A DNA stretch of 52,588 nucleotides, filler included, from Circinaria calcarea (taxonomy: Eukaryota): the NCBI GenBank assembly GCA_051942165.1. It is 2 parts of 2 records of this genome, joined end to end, with 100 filler letters (N's around TTAATTAATTAA, not from the genome) between each part and the next. Parts side by side here need not be neighbours in the genome. Positions count along the whole stretch, not along the records: positions 26,363 to 52,588 come from JAVECS010000083.1; 1 more part is not named here. One strand, written 5' to 3'. The notes beneath the pieces were generated by a model, which did not search any database, was not told the origin of the DNA, and saw only the letters and a program-made list of their open reading frames with translations. Shown in pieces: positions 38,301 through 51,763 of the stretch. Made by a program: the position numbers and the translations under genes. Each line of letters opens with the position of its first letter. Position 1 is the stretch's first letter.

Positions 38301-41300
38301 ATTATGGCGGCCAAGAAAACATCGACAGGATCAGTCCCAAGTGCTTCATGACATGTGCCAAGTACAAGCAAGGTGGTTTTAGCATCAAGCTCAAAACTCT
38401 CGTTGACGACATCACCGTGTACATTGGCCGCGCCAGCCATACCCCAGTAGTCCAGGTCGGCGACAGGCACCTCGTCATTTCGAAGGACTCTCTGGGCCGT
38501 TTCTTGGTGGATCTGTTCAGCTTGGAGGCGACACCAGATCTGGAAGGGTAATGAGCTCGGAGTCTTCAACCCTCCTGACTCCAGGAAATCCTCAAGGTCT
38601 TGCAAGATGATTCGCCATGACACGACGTCAACCACAAGATGATGCGCAACGATTGAGATTAGCTGACACCCATTATTTGATGCTTCGAATAAATCAATCG
38701 CAAAGACCGGGCCATATTGGATGTCGAGATTTTTTTGGCTGTCCTCTATCGAGGACGATATCTCTTCGGTTGCCGTTCTCTCGCTGTGAGCACGAATACG
38801 GTAGGACCCTGGAATATCCTGCGTGATCCGCTGCCGCCATGTGCCAGCTTCGCTTTTGGTGTAGCGCGCGCGCAGCATCGAATGTGAATTGACAATTGCA
38901 TTGACGGCGCCTATCAGCTCGCTAACTTTGGTTTCATGCTTCAGACGGAGGAAGACGCTCTGGTTGAACTGAGCCCAGTTGTCGCCCATGCATTGAAAGT
39001 AGAGTTGCTGGATCGGAGAAAGATCAAAATCCTTCTCAATCTCCTCCGCTTGGTAGGACACCATCTCTGGCAGAGTCACCCGCAAAGCGAGCTGGGGAAT
39101 AGACTTGCTCTGCATGATGTCTTGAACAGTTACACCCAGGTTCGTGGATCGGCATCGTGCCATGACCTGCAAGGCCGACATAGAGTCGCCACCAAGATGT
39201 AAGAACGATGAATTGAATGCAATCTTCTCCGCTGGTAAGTTAAGTACGTGGCCCCATATAGATTGCATCTGCAGCTCGACCGCAGTGGCCTCCCTATCCA
39301 TCGTGTTGGCCGCAGCTTCGACGTCGGAAATTTGACGATAGACGTCGTCGCTCATGTTTTCGACCCATCTGATGACTTGCCTACGATCCAACTTACCCGA
39401 GGGTAGCAAAGGGAGCTTCTGCAACACCAGCCATTTTGACGGCACCATGTACGCCGGCAGATGACTCCCGACGCGCTCGCGTATCGCCGAGAGATAAGAT
39501 GATACTACTTCTCGACCAACAATTTGCATACCTTCCGAAGCCTGTTTTGGCTTTGCCAGCACGTGTAACGAAAGAACTGCGATCAATCGTTTCTTGCAGC
39601 ATCCTGACGCTGGAATAGCTGCTATGGCGTGCTGGATAACAGGATCCATCCCAAGGCGGTGTTCAACCTCGGTCAGCTCAAGCCGTTGTCCATGTAACTT
39701 GACCTGGGTATCCTTACGTCCAAGGAATATCATAGAACCGTCAGCAGTGTACTTCGCAAGATCTCCTGTCTTGTACATGCGTCTGCCCTGTACATCACTC
39801 GAACTGTAACGCTTAGCCCATTTTGGCGCGTCAACAAACGCTTCAGCCGTGGTCTGCGCATTGTTCAAATATCCACGTGCGAGAATCGGCCCTTCCAAGA
39901 TGAGCTCACCCACAGAACCAATAGGCACCAGCCGGCTGTGGTCGCGTGGATCAGCTATCCAACATCGCCCTCCTACTGCTCGGCCCATGTTAGATGGACC
40001 TGCTTTGAGAGACACGTGAGGATTGACTGTAGCTATTACGGCTCCTTCGCTGGGGCCGTAAGCGTTCATTAGGTGAACGTTACCTGACCATGTCGAAATA
40101 TGGCCTTCAGACATAGCCTCGCCACCCAAAACCAAGGTTTCTAGTCGTGGTACAGCAGACGGATGAATAAGTTGGACAAACGAAGGAGTCAAGAGGGCCC
40201 AGTTTACGTCCATTTCGTTGATCACGTTGGTAATGTTGTTCAGACGCATCTCGTCGCTGGGAACGCAAATGCAGCCGCCGAACAATAGTGTTGTTAGAAT
40301 TTCCATAATGCTGGCATCGAAGGTATAGGAAGCAAATTGCAGGACGCGGGATGATTGCATCTGCATGATCGAGCCATGCGCCGTGGCGCTTGTACAGAAA
40401 GCTAGATGTTCCACAACGACCCCTTTAGGCTTCCCTGTCGTTCCTGATGTGAAGATAATGTACGCTGCACTGTTAGTTGCACAATGAGGTAGTGGACCTC
40501 TACGCAAAGGAATTTGATCTATCATTTGACCATCAATTGGAATTGCATGAGTGACGATAGTTTGACAAAGCTCCAGATATCGAGGGGAGCAGAGGACAAC
40601 GTTGGCTTCGAGAACGTCCACAATGTCGCGAAGACGAGTACCAGGGTCAGCAGGATTCAAAGGCACAAAGGCACCGCCGGATTTCAGAACAGCTAACATG
40701 GCTACGACTGTCCATGCCGATTTCTCAAAGCAGAGGGGTACGGCTATGTCGTGGCCGATCCCCAATGCGACAAGATGAGATGCCAGGCGCGTTGCGAGCT
40801 CGTCCAGCTCTCGGTATGTGAAAGAAACATCCCAGGAGCAAACAGCAGGTTTCGTTTCTTCCAATCTCGAGACCTGCTCCTGTATGAGGTGGTGAATACA
40901 CTTGTCGATGACTTTAAACGGTTCGCTGTTCCAAGATGATATGGTACTTTGGTCTTCGGGACTTAAGATCTCCATCTCACCTAGACTTTCGTTGTCTGCT
41001 TCTCTCGAGCTCAGACGCTTCAAGACGAATTCGAACTGGCTGAGTACTCGCTCCGTCTGCCAAGTAGGTATAACATCCTCATCATAGTGGGCGTCAAATT
41101 CCACATGCTCGTCACCAATGTAACACGATATCATCAATGGGTATGTATAAAAGTTTGTTCCGGCCATTTCGTTGTTTTGCATATCCCAGAAGCTGTCAGA
41201 GGACTGCTTACTACCATTATTGATGGCTATCAGATTCTGAGCTTCGCAGGCTGTGGCCGTATCAGAACTCAAACGCTTGATGTTTTGAAGTCCAGCGTAC

Positions 41301-44300
41301 TGAAAGGGCATCGCCTCTGCCGACCGTGCTTGAACTTCTTCTAAGTACTGCGCGATGCTGTGGCCACGATTAACAATCAGCCTCGTGGGCAAGGTGGAAA
41401 GCGTAGGTCCTATCATGTCGGCAATGCCAGACACAGGAGCATCACGCCCAGTCACTGTTTCGCAGAACACAACGTCGTCGGAACCGGAATATGCGGCGAC
41501 TACCAAGGCCCAGGCAGCTCGGATTGTTGATGCCACGGTGATTTCCGATCCAGCTTGACGAGAAATGCGTGCGCTATGGGTCAATAGGCTACTGGCGCGG
41601 GCCTGGTAGGCCGGGCTGGGTAGTCGAGGAAATTGTACGGACGTCACCTCAGACAGCCTTGACCGCCAGAATTCATCAGACTCGGTGGTGTCGGTCTCGG
41701 TGAGGTACTTGATGAATGTTGAGTATGCAGGGCCGCTAGCTAAGTCTGCGGCATTCGAGCTACTATAGCAAGCCTTGACTTTGTCGAGGACCAATGGCAA
41801 ACACCAGCCATCGTACAGGGCGTGATGAATGGTCCAGACCAAGTGAGGAAAGTTTGTACCTTCTCCGACAATTGTATATCGGGTAAGGACTCCACCGTCA
41901 TATGCGGGTAGCTGTCGCTCATTTTCTAACAGCCCTCGCAGATCAGCTACGGTGTGCCACGTTACCGGTTCCTGGACGACAACTTGGAGGAACCCTCGAT
42001 CTTTGGTGTATATAATGCGGGTTCGCAATACCGTTTCTGCTTGCACGACCTTCTCCCAGGCCACTCGAAACTTGTCAATGTCCATGTTTGAGGGGAGGCG
42101 ATAAATCATTTGAGCTACGTAGGCACCTGGTTCTTTGATCGAAAGTGCCATGAGACCCTCTTGCATCGACGTACACGGATAGATATTCAAAATTGACTTG
42201 GCGCTGATCCGACACTGGGACGCCACCTCTTCTGTCAGCTGCCTAACTGATCCGACATCCTTCAAAAGTGAAAATGGTTTGTCCTCTACTTGAACCTCTT
42301 TAGAGACGCCAGTAGCGCTGGCCATTAGTGATAATTTCGACTTTTGAAAAATGGTTGCTACGGTGAGAAGAATGCCCATGGAGCGAGCAGCAGTCACAAG
42401 ACGCATGGCCCCAATCGAATCCCCACCAAGCTTAAAGAAACTGTCATCTGCCCCGACAGCATTCTCTTCGAGGTTTAAAATGGATTCCCAAATCTTCGCT
42501 AACGTCCTTTCCATGGCTGTGGATGGTGCTTGGCCGCTCTTACAGGCAAGTCTGTAAGTAGTTGTTTGATCATCTGGGATAGACTGAGCGATGGTGCGAA
42601 GCCTACGTCGGTTTAGCTTTCCAGAAGAGGTCAAACGCATCCTGACAATCGGAAGCCACACTGTCGGGACCATATAAGCTGGTATCGCACCAGTTAGAGC
42701 GACTTCCAAGGCTTTTGCAGTTGTGTGAAAGGCCTCAGACATTGGCATTACCATGCCATCTTCGCTGGCATCAGGTACTGAGCCATCGGGCTGAAGACAC
42801 ACAAAGGCGGCCAGCGCCCTCTTAGTCGTCTGGCTGCCACCTAAGACAACCAACTCCACAGCCGACTGAGCGTCGGTTGGCAGGTTGCGTTCGACATGAT
42901 GTTCAATCTCTCCGAGCTCGATACGTTGCCCATTCAGTTTGACTTGAGTGTCTTTCCGTCCGAGATACATTAACGTACCATCAGAATCATATCGTACAAG
43001 ATCACCTGTTTTATACATTCGCCGCTTGGATCCTCGCACATCCGATATTTCGGCAGCCCATGCCGGGTCCTCGATGAATGATTTCCTTGTCTTTTCGGGG
43101 TCGTTGAGATAGCCTCGAGACACAATAGGACCTTCCACAAGAAGTTCACCTATGCAGCCCACGGGTACGAGGCGGTCATGATTAGACGGACTGACAACCC
43201 ACGAGACGCTACCAATGGCACGTCCGATGTTGGTTGCTTTACCCGGTTTCGCTATTTCTCCACTGTAAGTACAATTGATTGAGCACTCGGATGGACCATA
43301 GCAACAGTGAAGTGACACTGCTTCGCCCCATATCTCAGTGACTCTCTTTGTCACTGCCTCGCCACCCAAGGCCAATCGCTTGAGCGTCGGAACTTCGAAT
43401 GGCTGGAGGAAAGTGGCAACGGTAGGCGTAATGTCCATAAAGTTAACTTCAAGTTTGTTGACTACCTCCGCTAGATTGTTTAGTCGTTCGTGATCTGATG
43501 GGACGCACACGCAGCCTCCACGCATCAGGGTGGTGAATATTTCTGCGAGACTGTTGTCGAACGTATAGGAGGCAAATTGCAAAACCCTTGAGTCTGCTTC
43601 ATAGCCTAGCAGAGGCCCGTGAGCCTTTGCACTCGTTGTGATTCCGCGATGCTCTAATACGACACCCTTCGGATTTCCAGTACTCCCTGACGTGTAAATA
43701 ATGAAGCAGGCGTTGCTTGGCTTTACACCTGTGAAATTATCGCCTACATGAGATGGAAGCTGGTTCAGAAACGACGCCTCGACGGTGACGACCCGAGAAA
43801 CGAAGCTGTTGAATATGTTGGCATACTTTGGCGCAGCAAGAACTATCTGGGCCCGTGTGTCTTTGGCTCGCATCTCAAGAGCACTCTTAGGATGTGTTGC
43901 ATCAAGCGGCACACATGCGCCGCCAGCTTTCAGAACGGCTAGCATCGCTACGATGGTGAATGCCGACTTATCAAAACAAATGAGGACAAAATTTTCAGGT
44001 TTCACGCCCATCTCGACCAAGTGATGTGCCAGTCTGGTTGCTGCCTGGTCAAGCTCAGCGTAGCTAAAGTTGGCATCCCAGGAGCAAATCGCCTCCGCAC
44101 CTGGTTTCATTTGGGTTTGCAGCTTAATTATATCGTGCACACATTCGTCTACAACCTCTGGCATCTGGCTGTTCCAGCCTCGAATTTGTTGTCGGTTGCG
44201 CTGGCTAAGGTTATCCAATTCCCCAAGTACCTGTCCAGAGTGGTGGAGGATGTTCCGTAGTGACTGAGTAAATGTGCTGGCAACATTGGCCGCTTGCTCG

Positions 44301-47300
44301 TCAGACAAACAGTCGGTCCAATAAGCCAAATCAATAGCCATGTCGGTGTCTCCGGCCTCAATGTTGATCGAGACATTATATTCATCGGGGTCATATGTCG
44401 GTGCACATTCAACGAATGTAATTGGCGGCTCCTCGGGTCCTGTGGACGGTGGGAGCTTTCGGTATGACAATGCCGTGTTAAAAAGTGCCGTTGCAGATAA
44501 GTGCAACGCATGTTGGACTTCTGCTAAGGGGGCGTGCCGGTAAGGTAAACTGTCCAAATAGTCTTGTTGCACCTTGGACATGATTTCCTCAAGGCGGGCT
44601 GTCTCTACCATGTTGACGCGGCAAACCAACATATTGATGAATGGGCCGACTGCATCCTGAGCCCCATCAATGGGAGCATCCCTTGCCGAAGTTATATAAC
44701 CAAAGCAAACCTCCTCAGAATCAGTGTAACATCGAAGCGTCAAGGCCCAGGCAGTATGAATAGCGTTGGAAAACGTTACACCCTGTGCGTCACAGAACTT
44801 TTGCAACTCAAAGAGCTCTTTGAAGTTCACTCTCACGTACTTGAGCTGCTTTATCGTAGAGTCTCCGTCGTTCAGGACGGGGAAATGACACGGTTCCACA
44901 TTAGCCAGGTAAGACTTCCAATGTTCAATCCCTGGCTGCAGCGGCTGGCTCTGGAGGTAAGAAATGTAGTCACTGTACAGTGGGCCTGGGCCCGCGCTTA
45001 ATTTCCCTTCATAGGCGAGCGCGAGATCTCGAAAGAGAATCGACAACGACGTCCCGTCCATAATGACGTGACTGATTTCTAGCCTGCAGAACACCTTTCC
45101 GCTGGACGACGTGCAAATGGTGAACCGGTGTAACAACTGTCGGGCATCATCGTAACCAGGTGGCTGCTGCTCGCTGAGCCGGTTGATAGCATCAGTGTCA
45201 CTGTCACAGTCCTGCTGCAACAGGTTCGCAGTCACATTTTTCAGAACGATCTGGTCGTAAAGAGCATCTTGCTGGCTCACACTCTCTATGAAAATGGTTC
45301 GAAGCAAGGCGTGCCGATCGACAACCTTCTGCCATGCATCTGCCAGCCGCTGGCTGTCAGCTCGGCCTTCATGTCTCAACTTTACTTCATGGACCGTATA
45401 GGCAGCGTAAAATGCCGAGTCCTTAATCATACTGACGAGGAGGCCCTGTTGAATCGGCGAACATGGGTAGGCATCCTCCACTAAGTCAATGCTTGATATG
45501 CCCGCCTGCGGCAGTCTTTCAGCCTTCATCAGATCGAGACGATCATAGGTCAATGAGAGCAGCGGAAAATCGCTCAGCGTGGGCTCGGGAGCCATCCGCG
45601 TTAAGCGCTCAACGATCATATGCACCGATTCTTGGCAATTGGAAATCCATCGGCGAATACTGTCTTGATGCTTCATGTGGCGGTTGAAGGTAAAAGAAAA
45701 CCGAAGTGCACCTTGGAGAATGACCGCAGAGATCTCAAAGAACGAAATGCAGGGGGTATGATGCCCGACATCCGCAGCATCTCCAGCTGCTCGGACCTCC
45801 CCGGCTATTCCTTTGGCCGGCGTGAGGAGAGCGCCTTCGCGTTCCAATTGTTGGTATTGACCGAGATAATTGAATGTTAGTTCCAATGGCCAGTGATGTC
45901 CAAACGCTTCTCTTCCCTGAGGAGTGAGCCAACGACTGGCCCAATATGGCCTGCCTTTACTCGGTATTTTGCGTCGAAGGTCCTTGACCAAACGTGTTAT
46001 ATTGATCGGATCATCGGGGTCTGTGGTCGATACGTATACGGGATACATGGTAGTAAACCAACCTACAGTCCTGGACAGATCAATGCTCGAGTCCCAAGCC
46101 TCGCGACCATGACCTTCGGCAAACACGGGCGGAACAGGCCGATCAGTGAACACCCGAGCAAATGAATGGATCAGTGCAGCGATCAATATGTCCGGGATTT
46201 CGGTCCGAAGAGCTTGATGACATTTTGTCATCAGCAGGGAAGTGACCGATGAGTCCATCTCAAATCCCTCGCATGCCAACTCGCCGTAGATATTTGCCCG
46301 AGTGGTCATGCCCCAGTACTCTGCGTCTCCAGTCTGTACATTGTCAATAGGTAGAACCTGGCTGGGGGTAAGGTCTCGGCAGTGCTCTGCCTGTAGTCGA
46401 CACCAAGTTTGAAAGGGCAGCGGTTTTTCAGATACCATCGAAGCTTTTGGGTCCAGCAGTAAGTCCTCTATATCTTGAAGGATGATACGCCAGGAAACCA
46501 GATCAATTACCAGGTGATGTCCAACCATAAACAGTAGCTGAGCTTCCCCGTTGACATCGACGAGATCCGCAGCGAACATGGGACCAGATACCTCATTAAG
46601 ACAAGTTTGGCTGTCAGCAATCTTAGACTCGACTTGGTCCCGCGTATCCACCCGGTAGCTGCGCAAACGATATGATGACGGCACTTCGTTTGTCACGCGC
46701 TGTTGCCATTCATTATTGGGGCCGGTTTGGGAAAATCGAGCTCGCAACATGGAATGACGCTTAACAACCGTCGCAATGGCTTGACGCAAGTCGTCTTCAT
46801 GGATGCTCTGGCTAGTACGAAGAAGGAAACTTTGATTGAAATGGCCCTGTGCATGATTCGGCCGGGAGTAGTACAAGTGCTGTATCGGCGAAAGATCGAA
46901 AGCCTCCTCAATCACCTCGTCGTGATGAGAAGGAGCATTTATCGCTTTCGCAAGTAGTGCCAAATGGGCTATTGACTTACAGCGAATCACATCTTGCACG
47001 GTAAGCCCGATGCCCTTTTTCCTACACCGTCCCATCACTTGCATTGCCGAAATCGAGTCACCGCCCAGGCTCAAAAAGGATTGCTGGAGACCAACTTGAT
47101 CCAGATGCAAGTTCAGGACGTGTGCCCAGACCGATCTCAACTCCTTTTCAGCCTCAGTTGCGGTATGCATCTGATCCTCTGAGGACTCAGTAACCGGATT
47201 CAATCGGCGATACAGATCATCACTCATCTCTTCCACCCACTTTGCTACCCGTTTCCTATCTAATTTTCCAGACTGCAGTCGAGGAATGAATTCAACTACC

Positions 47301-49671
47301 AGCCACATGGATGGTATCATATAGGGAGGGAGACGGTCCGAGAGAGATTCTTTTGCACTGGTTACGCAGGAATCAGCGATTTCTTTCAGTTTCCCTTCAA
47401 GTATTTCAAGGCATCTTCCATTGTGGATAAGGTCCTGGTTTTGTGAGTTGGAAAGCTGTAGCACGGTAATAAGACGGTCTTTACAGTAACCAGATCTTGG
47501 CAATAACACCATCCCATGCTTGATGTTGGGGTTCCGGTTGAGATGATGTTCGATTTCGCCCAATTCAATGCGTTGGCCATGAAATTTAATTTGTGTGTCC
47601 TTCCGCCCGGCGATATGAAAGGTACCGTCAAGATTGTATCGTACCAAGTCCCCCGTCTTATACATTCGGCGTCTTCGTGTGCTGGTACTCTGACCCCGGG
47701 ACCATAATGGATCATTGATGAAGGCTTCAGCTGTCTTTGTTTCTTCTTTATAGTATTCCCTTGAGAGCGTGGGTCCTTCTATCAAAAGCTCTCCCACACA
47801 TCCTATCGGCATCAGTCTATCATGATTGTACCGATCCACAACCCAACAATGAACCCCAACTTGACGCCCGATGTTCAACGGATTTTTCGCCTCGGTCATA
47901 TAAGGATTGACATGGCTCACGACTGCACATTCGGCTGGGCCGTAACAATTAACAAGGTTAATGTGAGACCATGTCCTGATGATAGCCTGAGTCATCGCCT
48001 CGCCCCCAGTTACTAAGGTCTTAAATCCTGGCACATCAGACGGATCGAGAAATTTGACAAAAGTTGGCGTGAGGAGTGCCCAGTTCACACGCATCGCGTT
48101 CATTGCCTCTGTGATGTTATTAAGACGTGCTTCCTCGCTGGGTACGCAGACACATCCACCGAGCGTCAGTGTGGTGAGTATCTCCGTTATACTCACGTCA
48201 AAAGTAGACGCAGCAAATTGCAGGGCTCGTGTTTCCGAAGTCATCAGCATCGCCGGGCCATGAGCCCTGGCACTGGAAACGAAAGCACCGTGTTCTAGGA
48301 GCGCGCCTTTGGGTTCTCCTGTAGTTCCGGAGGTGAATATCATGTAGGCTCTGTTATGAGGTGACGCGCGAGCAACTTGATCACCGGAAGTAGGAGGTAG
48401 CTGCCCGACCATCTCACCATCGACCGGAAGTATATCTTTCGCAGCAGCCGCAAGCATGCCAACATACCGCCGTGAACATAGTATTACTCGGGCCTCGACT
48501 TTACAAGCCAATGCTTGTAAGCGGGGTACGGGATGTGAAGGGTCGAGAGGCACAAAGGCACCTCCAGCCTTCAGCACCGCAAGAATTGCCACAATAGTCC
48601 ACTTGGACTTATCAAAACACAAGGGCACGAACACTTCCGGACCAACACCCAAATCTACCAAACGTTGAGCTAATCGGGATGCGAGTCCAGAAAGCTCGCT
48701 ATACGTAAGGCTACCATCCCAGGCGCATACCGCTTCAGCATTGGGTCTCAAACGAACCTGATCCTGGATAACGTCGTGTATGCACTTTTCCGCATTCTCC
48801 AGCGGGTTCTCATTCCAAGTCAAAACTTGCTTCCGGTTCCGCTCACTAAAGTAATTTAGATCCGCGATATTGACATCTCGCCGTAGAATGATTTCACTCA
48901 ATATTTGGTCGAATGTGCTTGCTAAGTTCATAGCCTGCTCCTTGGACAAATCGGAGCTCCACCAGCCCAAGGATACGCTTAAAGATGTATTTAGAAACGC
49001 AACGTGCACAGAAATACTGCACTATATAACGTATCAGCACTTCGTCTCGACAATCCTAAGACTATGATCAAACGTAATTATCAACTGACCTCTGCAGATT
49101 GAAGTATATTTGATAACCACCATGATAGAGCTTCCTCGTGAGATGTCTCACGATTTAACTCTTTTTGGAGCAACATGGTCGTATTGAAGAGCTGCGCTTT
49201 AGACGAGTTTGATTCTTTGGAGGCCTCCTCTGGCTGATAATAACGGTGCTGACGGCCCCGAACGAAATTATCTTTAACCTCCTCAAGTGTTTTAGCGAGA
49301 GAGGCTGTCTCGTCAAAGTTCATTCGGGCAATTGACATGCCGTCGGACGTCTCTTCCAGCTTCTGCGATCCATCGACTCCACTATCAGATCCAATCTCTT
49401 GGTAGCCAAAGCATACATCTTCTAAGCCAGTGAAACATCGAAGAACCAATGCCCAAGCAGTCTGCAGAATACTGGGCAACGTCTCTTTATCCCTCGTGGC
49501 GAGCTTTTGCAACTCTTTTATATGCCTCAGTTCTACGTTGATCGAAAGAGGTCGCTTGGGACCATCAATTTCGCCATCGAAACGAGGAAATTGGCAAGGT
49601 CCTACGTCGGCTAGATAAGTCGTCCAAAAGCCAGAGGCATCGTTCTCCTGGTGTTTGAAGTTTCCGGCCAT
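26363..49671 (-). CDS. NPS4: Multimodular NRPS, >7,700 aa, 3' truncated by the gap: half-C-A-T-E-C-A-T-C-A-T-E-C-A-T-C-A-T-E-C-T-C; exons 49671-49090, 49021-28523, 28458-<26363
   Basis: Five A domains (TSGT/STG.PKG, YKTGDL). Six GGDS T domains near 47060, 42420, 39190, 34485, 31215 and 27915. Three E domains (HHLVID near 46510; HHLVVD near 38635 and 30650). C domains SHVIMDG, HHALYDG x2, SHAISDG, NHAVTDG and terminal SHAQYDG. Introns at 49022-49089 and 28459-28522. The family assignment rests on architecture. Confidence 0.95.
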
Positions 49672-51763
49672 CTTGACGTCTGTCTCGTCGGAGTTATTGA
49701 CAAGAACTGGGCAAAGGATAGAGATTTAACAGAGTCTGCTCAAAACAGATTGAGGATTAGCGTTCACTCCTTATTATCGTCGGCCTACACTTACTGGTGA
49801 GGAGTCTACGGGTGCTGTAATCAATTAATTGAAGGTTTTGATATTTCTGTATGTGAATGCCCACTGTTGTAAACAATATGATCAAGTTAACCACCAACGC
49901 GTAGGGTCTGTCCGTATTTGCAATCTCTTCGAGCAGCTGATTAGAAGATGACATATCCACCCTACTCTTGCCAATTTCCACTCCCTCTGATACGCTCCAC
50001 TCCATCCAATGTCTGCCCCCATTGTAAATTGAGCCACTTGGCGGCTTAGAGACTGAAACTGGCTAGCTTTGCACCATGAACGAAGTGGCCAGCCATATCC
50101 AAGAAGTAACAGTCATAAAATCCGATCATCTGGACCTGTAGCAAAAGGGCTGCAGCAGCCAATAACAGGTCCACGTTCTCAGCTCCGAGGAATGTGGACG
50201 CGGTTCAGGTTTAGGAACTTCGTGGCCCAAGCTAGTAGCGGTATCCCATTGCCCCAGAAAGTCAGTTCCATGAGCTCATGCATCCCGAATAAGGGTATGG
50301 TTCTTTGAATCTGGCGTACGTCCTGCAGCCCGATCTGCGAGATGCAAGGGCTGAAGCGTATCGTCATTTTCTGGGCCCATAGCAGCTCTCCGCTTCCTGT
50401 CTCCCTTGTCCCGAGTACTGGCCCATATGCGCAGACGCCGTGTTGACGTCGGTTAAAATTTCTGAAATTGGTCCCTCCGATCATGGCTCATGGCACCTGC
50501 AGCACACAAACACGAGTTGAACCCCAGCCGGTGAGAAACAGGCTGCCAAATGGCCCACGATCCCCCTGTCTAGCCCGCTAGTAGATGCGAAGTCGTTTAG
50601 GCGTCGTGGCGGGCTGTCGCTTCAAGCTTGATGAGTGGATTTTTTCCATGCTCCGTGGCAAGGAAAGCCTCCCCCCCCCCCGAGCCACCGCCCTCTCGCT
50701 GCCGCCGCTGTTCAGGCTGCATCGGACCCGGTAGGAGATGGTGCATAGCAAGTTGCCTTTGCCGACCCTTCGGCGGAGGAGCGCAGCAGTCTCCGGGTGG
50801 CGTTCCTTAGATACGGTATGGAGTAGTCTAGAATACGTCAGGGAACTCGATTGACTCAAGACGGTCAAGTCGACTTCCATCCATGGCCAATTGGCCCGCA
50901 AGTGGATCGTGGACGGAATGACAAGTGCACCTTTGGCGCCACGAGGAATACTTGATGTGTCCATGTTCTCTCGACTAGCGTGGCATCCAGAAGCGCCAGG
51001 GTCGAGACACGGGTTCATCCGTGCATCCTGCGTCAGAAACGGCGCTGCTTCTTCTAATCTCCCGGCCATGCGGTGGCTAAGCCCGAACGAGCGGCCAGGC
51101 TGGTGTGACAGCGAAAGGCGCGCTGGATCGGCATGAGATCTCTCCCAGGGGCATGGAACCCGTCCCGAGTGCGTGTTCTAAAAATGCAACGGTCGCATGG
51201 ATGCTTTTTCGGCCATCCCTGTCTCACATCCCCGTGTCTGCAGATTGCTACCCCGGACTCGGCTAATGGTGCCTGCCCGGGATTTTCCAAGGAGAGGCCG
51301 ATGCCCAACCGTCTACTCGCGCCTATGATGTCAGCTCGACTGCTTTCGCTCCCCAAACTGGTGGAGACTGGCTCTCCACCACCTCCACTTCCACTTCCAC
51401 TCCCATACCTGGCCGCGTCGAGCACATGTGCGCGGCCGAATCCGAAACGGGCGACGAGTCAGCCCCGAGGATCAGTCAACACGATGTCGATGGCGAGCCC
51501 TGGACGCATTACTGGATGACAGACACTACCACCAGTCCTCTGGCCTTGGCGCTCCTCGTCCGGAGCTGCTTTGCCTTGGGTGCCATGCAGCGGACGCCTG
51601 GCTGAAGGACGGGCATCGCTTCTGCGTATAACAGGCCTTTGCCAAACGAACCCATGCTTCATGCACTATTCCCATCCGCTTGGGACTCGTTGGCTCCCCG
51701 ATTCTCTACACTGCCGGATACTGTCGAACACCGTTCGTTTCGTAGGTCAGGACAATTGCTGCA
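49672..51763. promoter_or_regulatory. Divergent intergenic region between NRPS and ABC transporter
   Basis: 2.1 kb between head-to-head ATGs, with no convincing protein-coding ORF. Confidence 0.6.
49736..49794 (-). other. Possible 5'-UTR intron of the NRPS
   Basis: GTAAGT donor at 49794, CTAAT branch near 49757, CAG acceptor at 49736. The downstream leader has an in-frame TAA, so it is non-coding. Confidence 0.45.

Noticed and set aside
28418..49009. The 6863-aa, 676-aa and 196-aa ORFs as three separate genes
   Set aside because: Canonical introns at 28459-28522 and 49022-49089 join them in frame into one NRPS.
50578..51519. ORFs of 120-160 aa in the NRPS-ABC spacer
   Set aside because: They are overlapping low-complexity frames in GC-rich promoter DNA with no domain signature.
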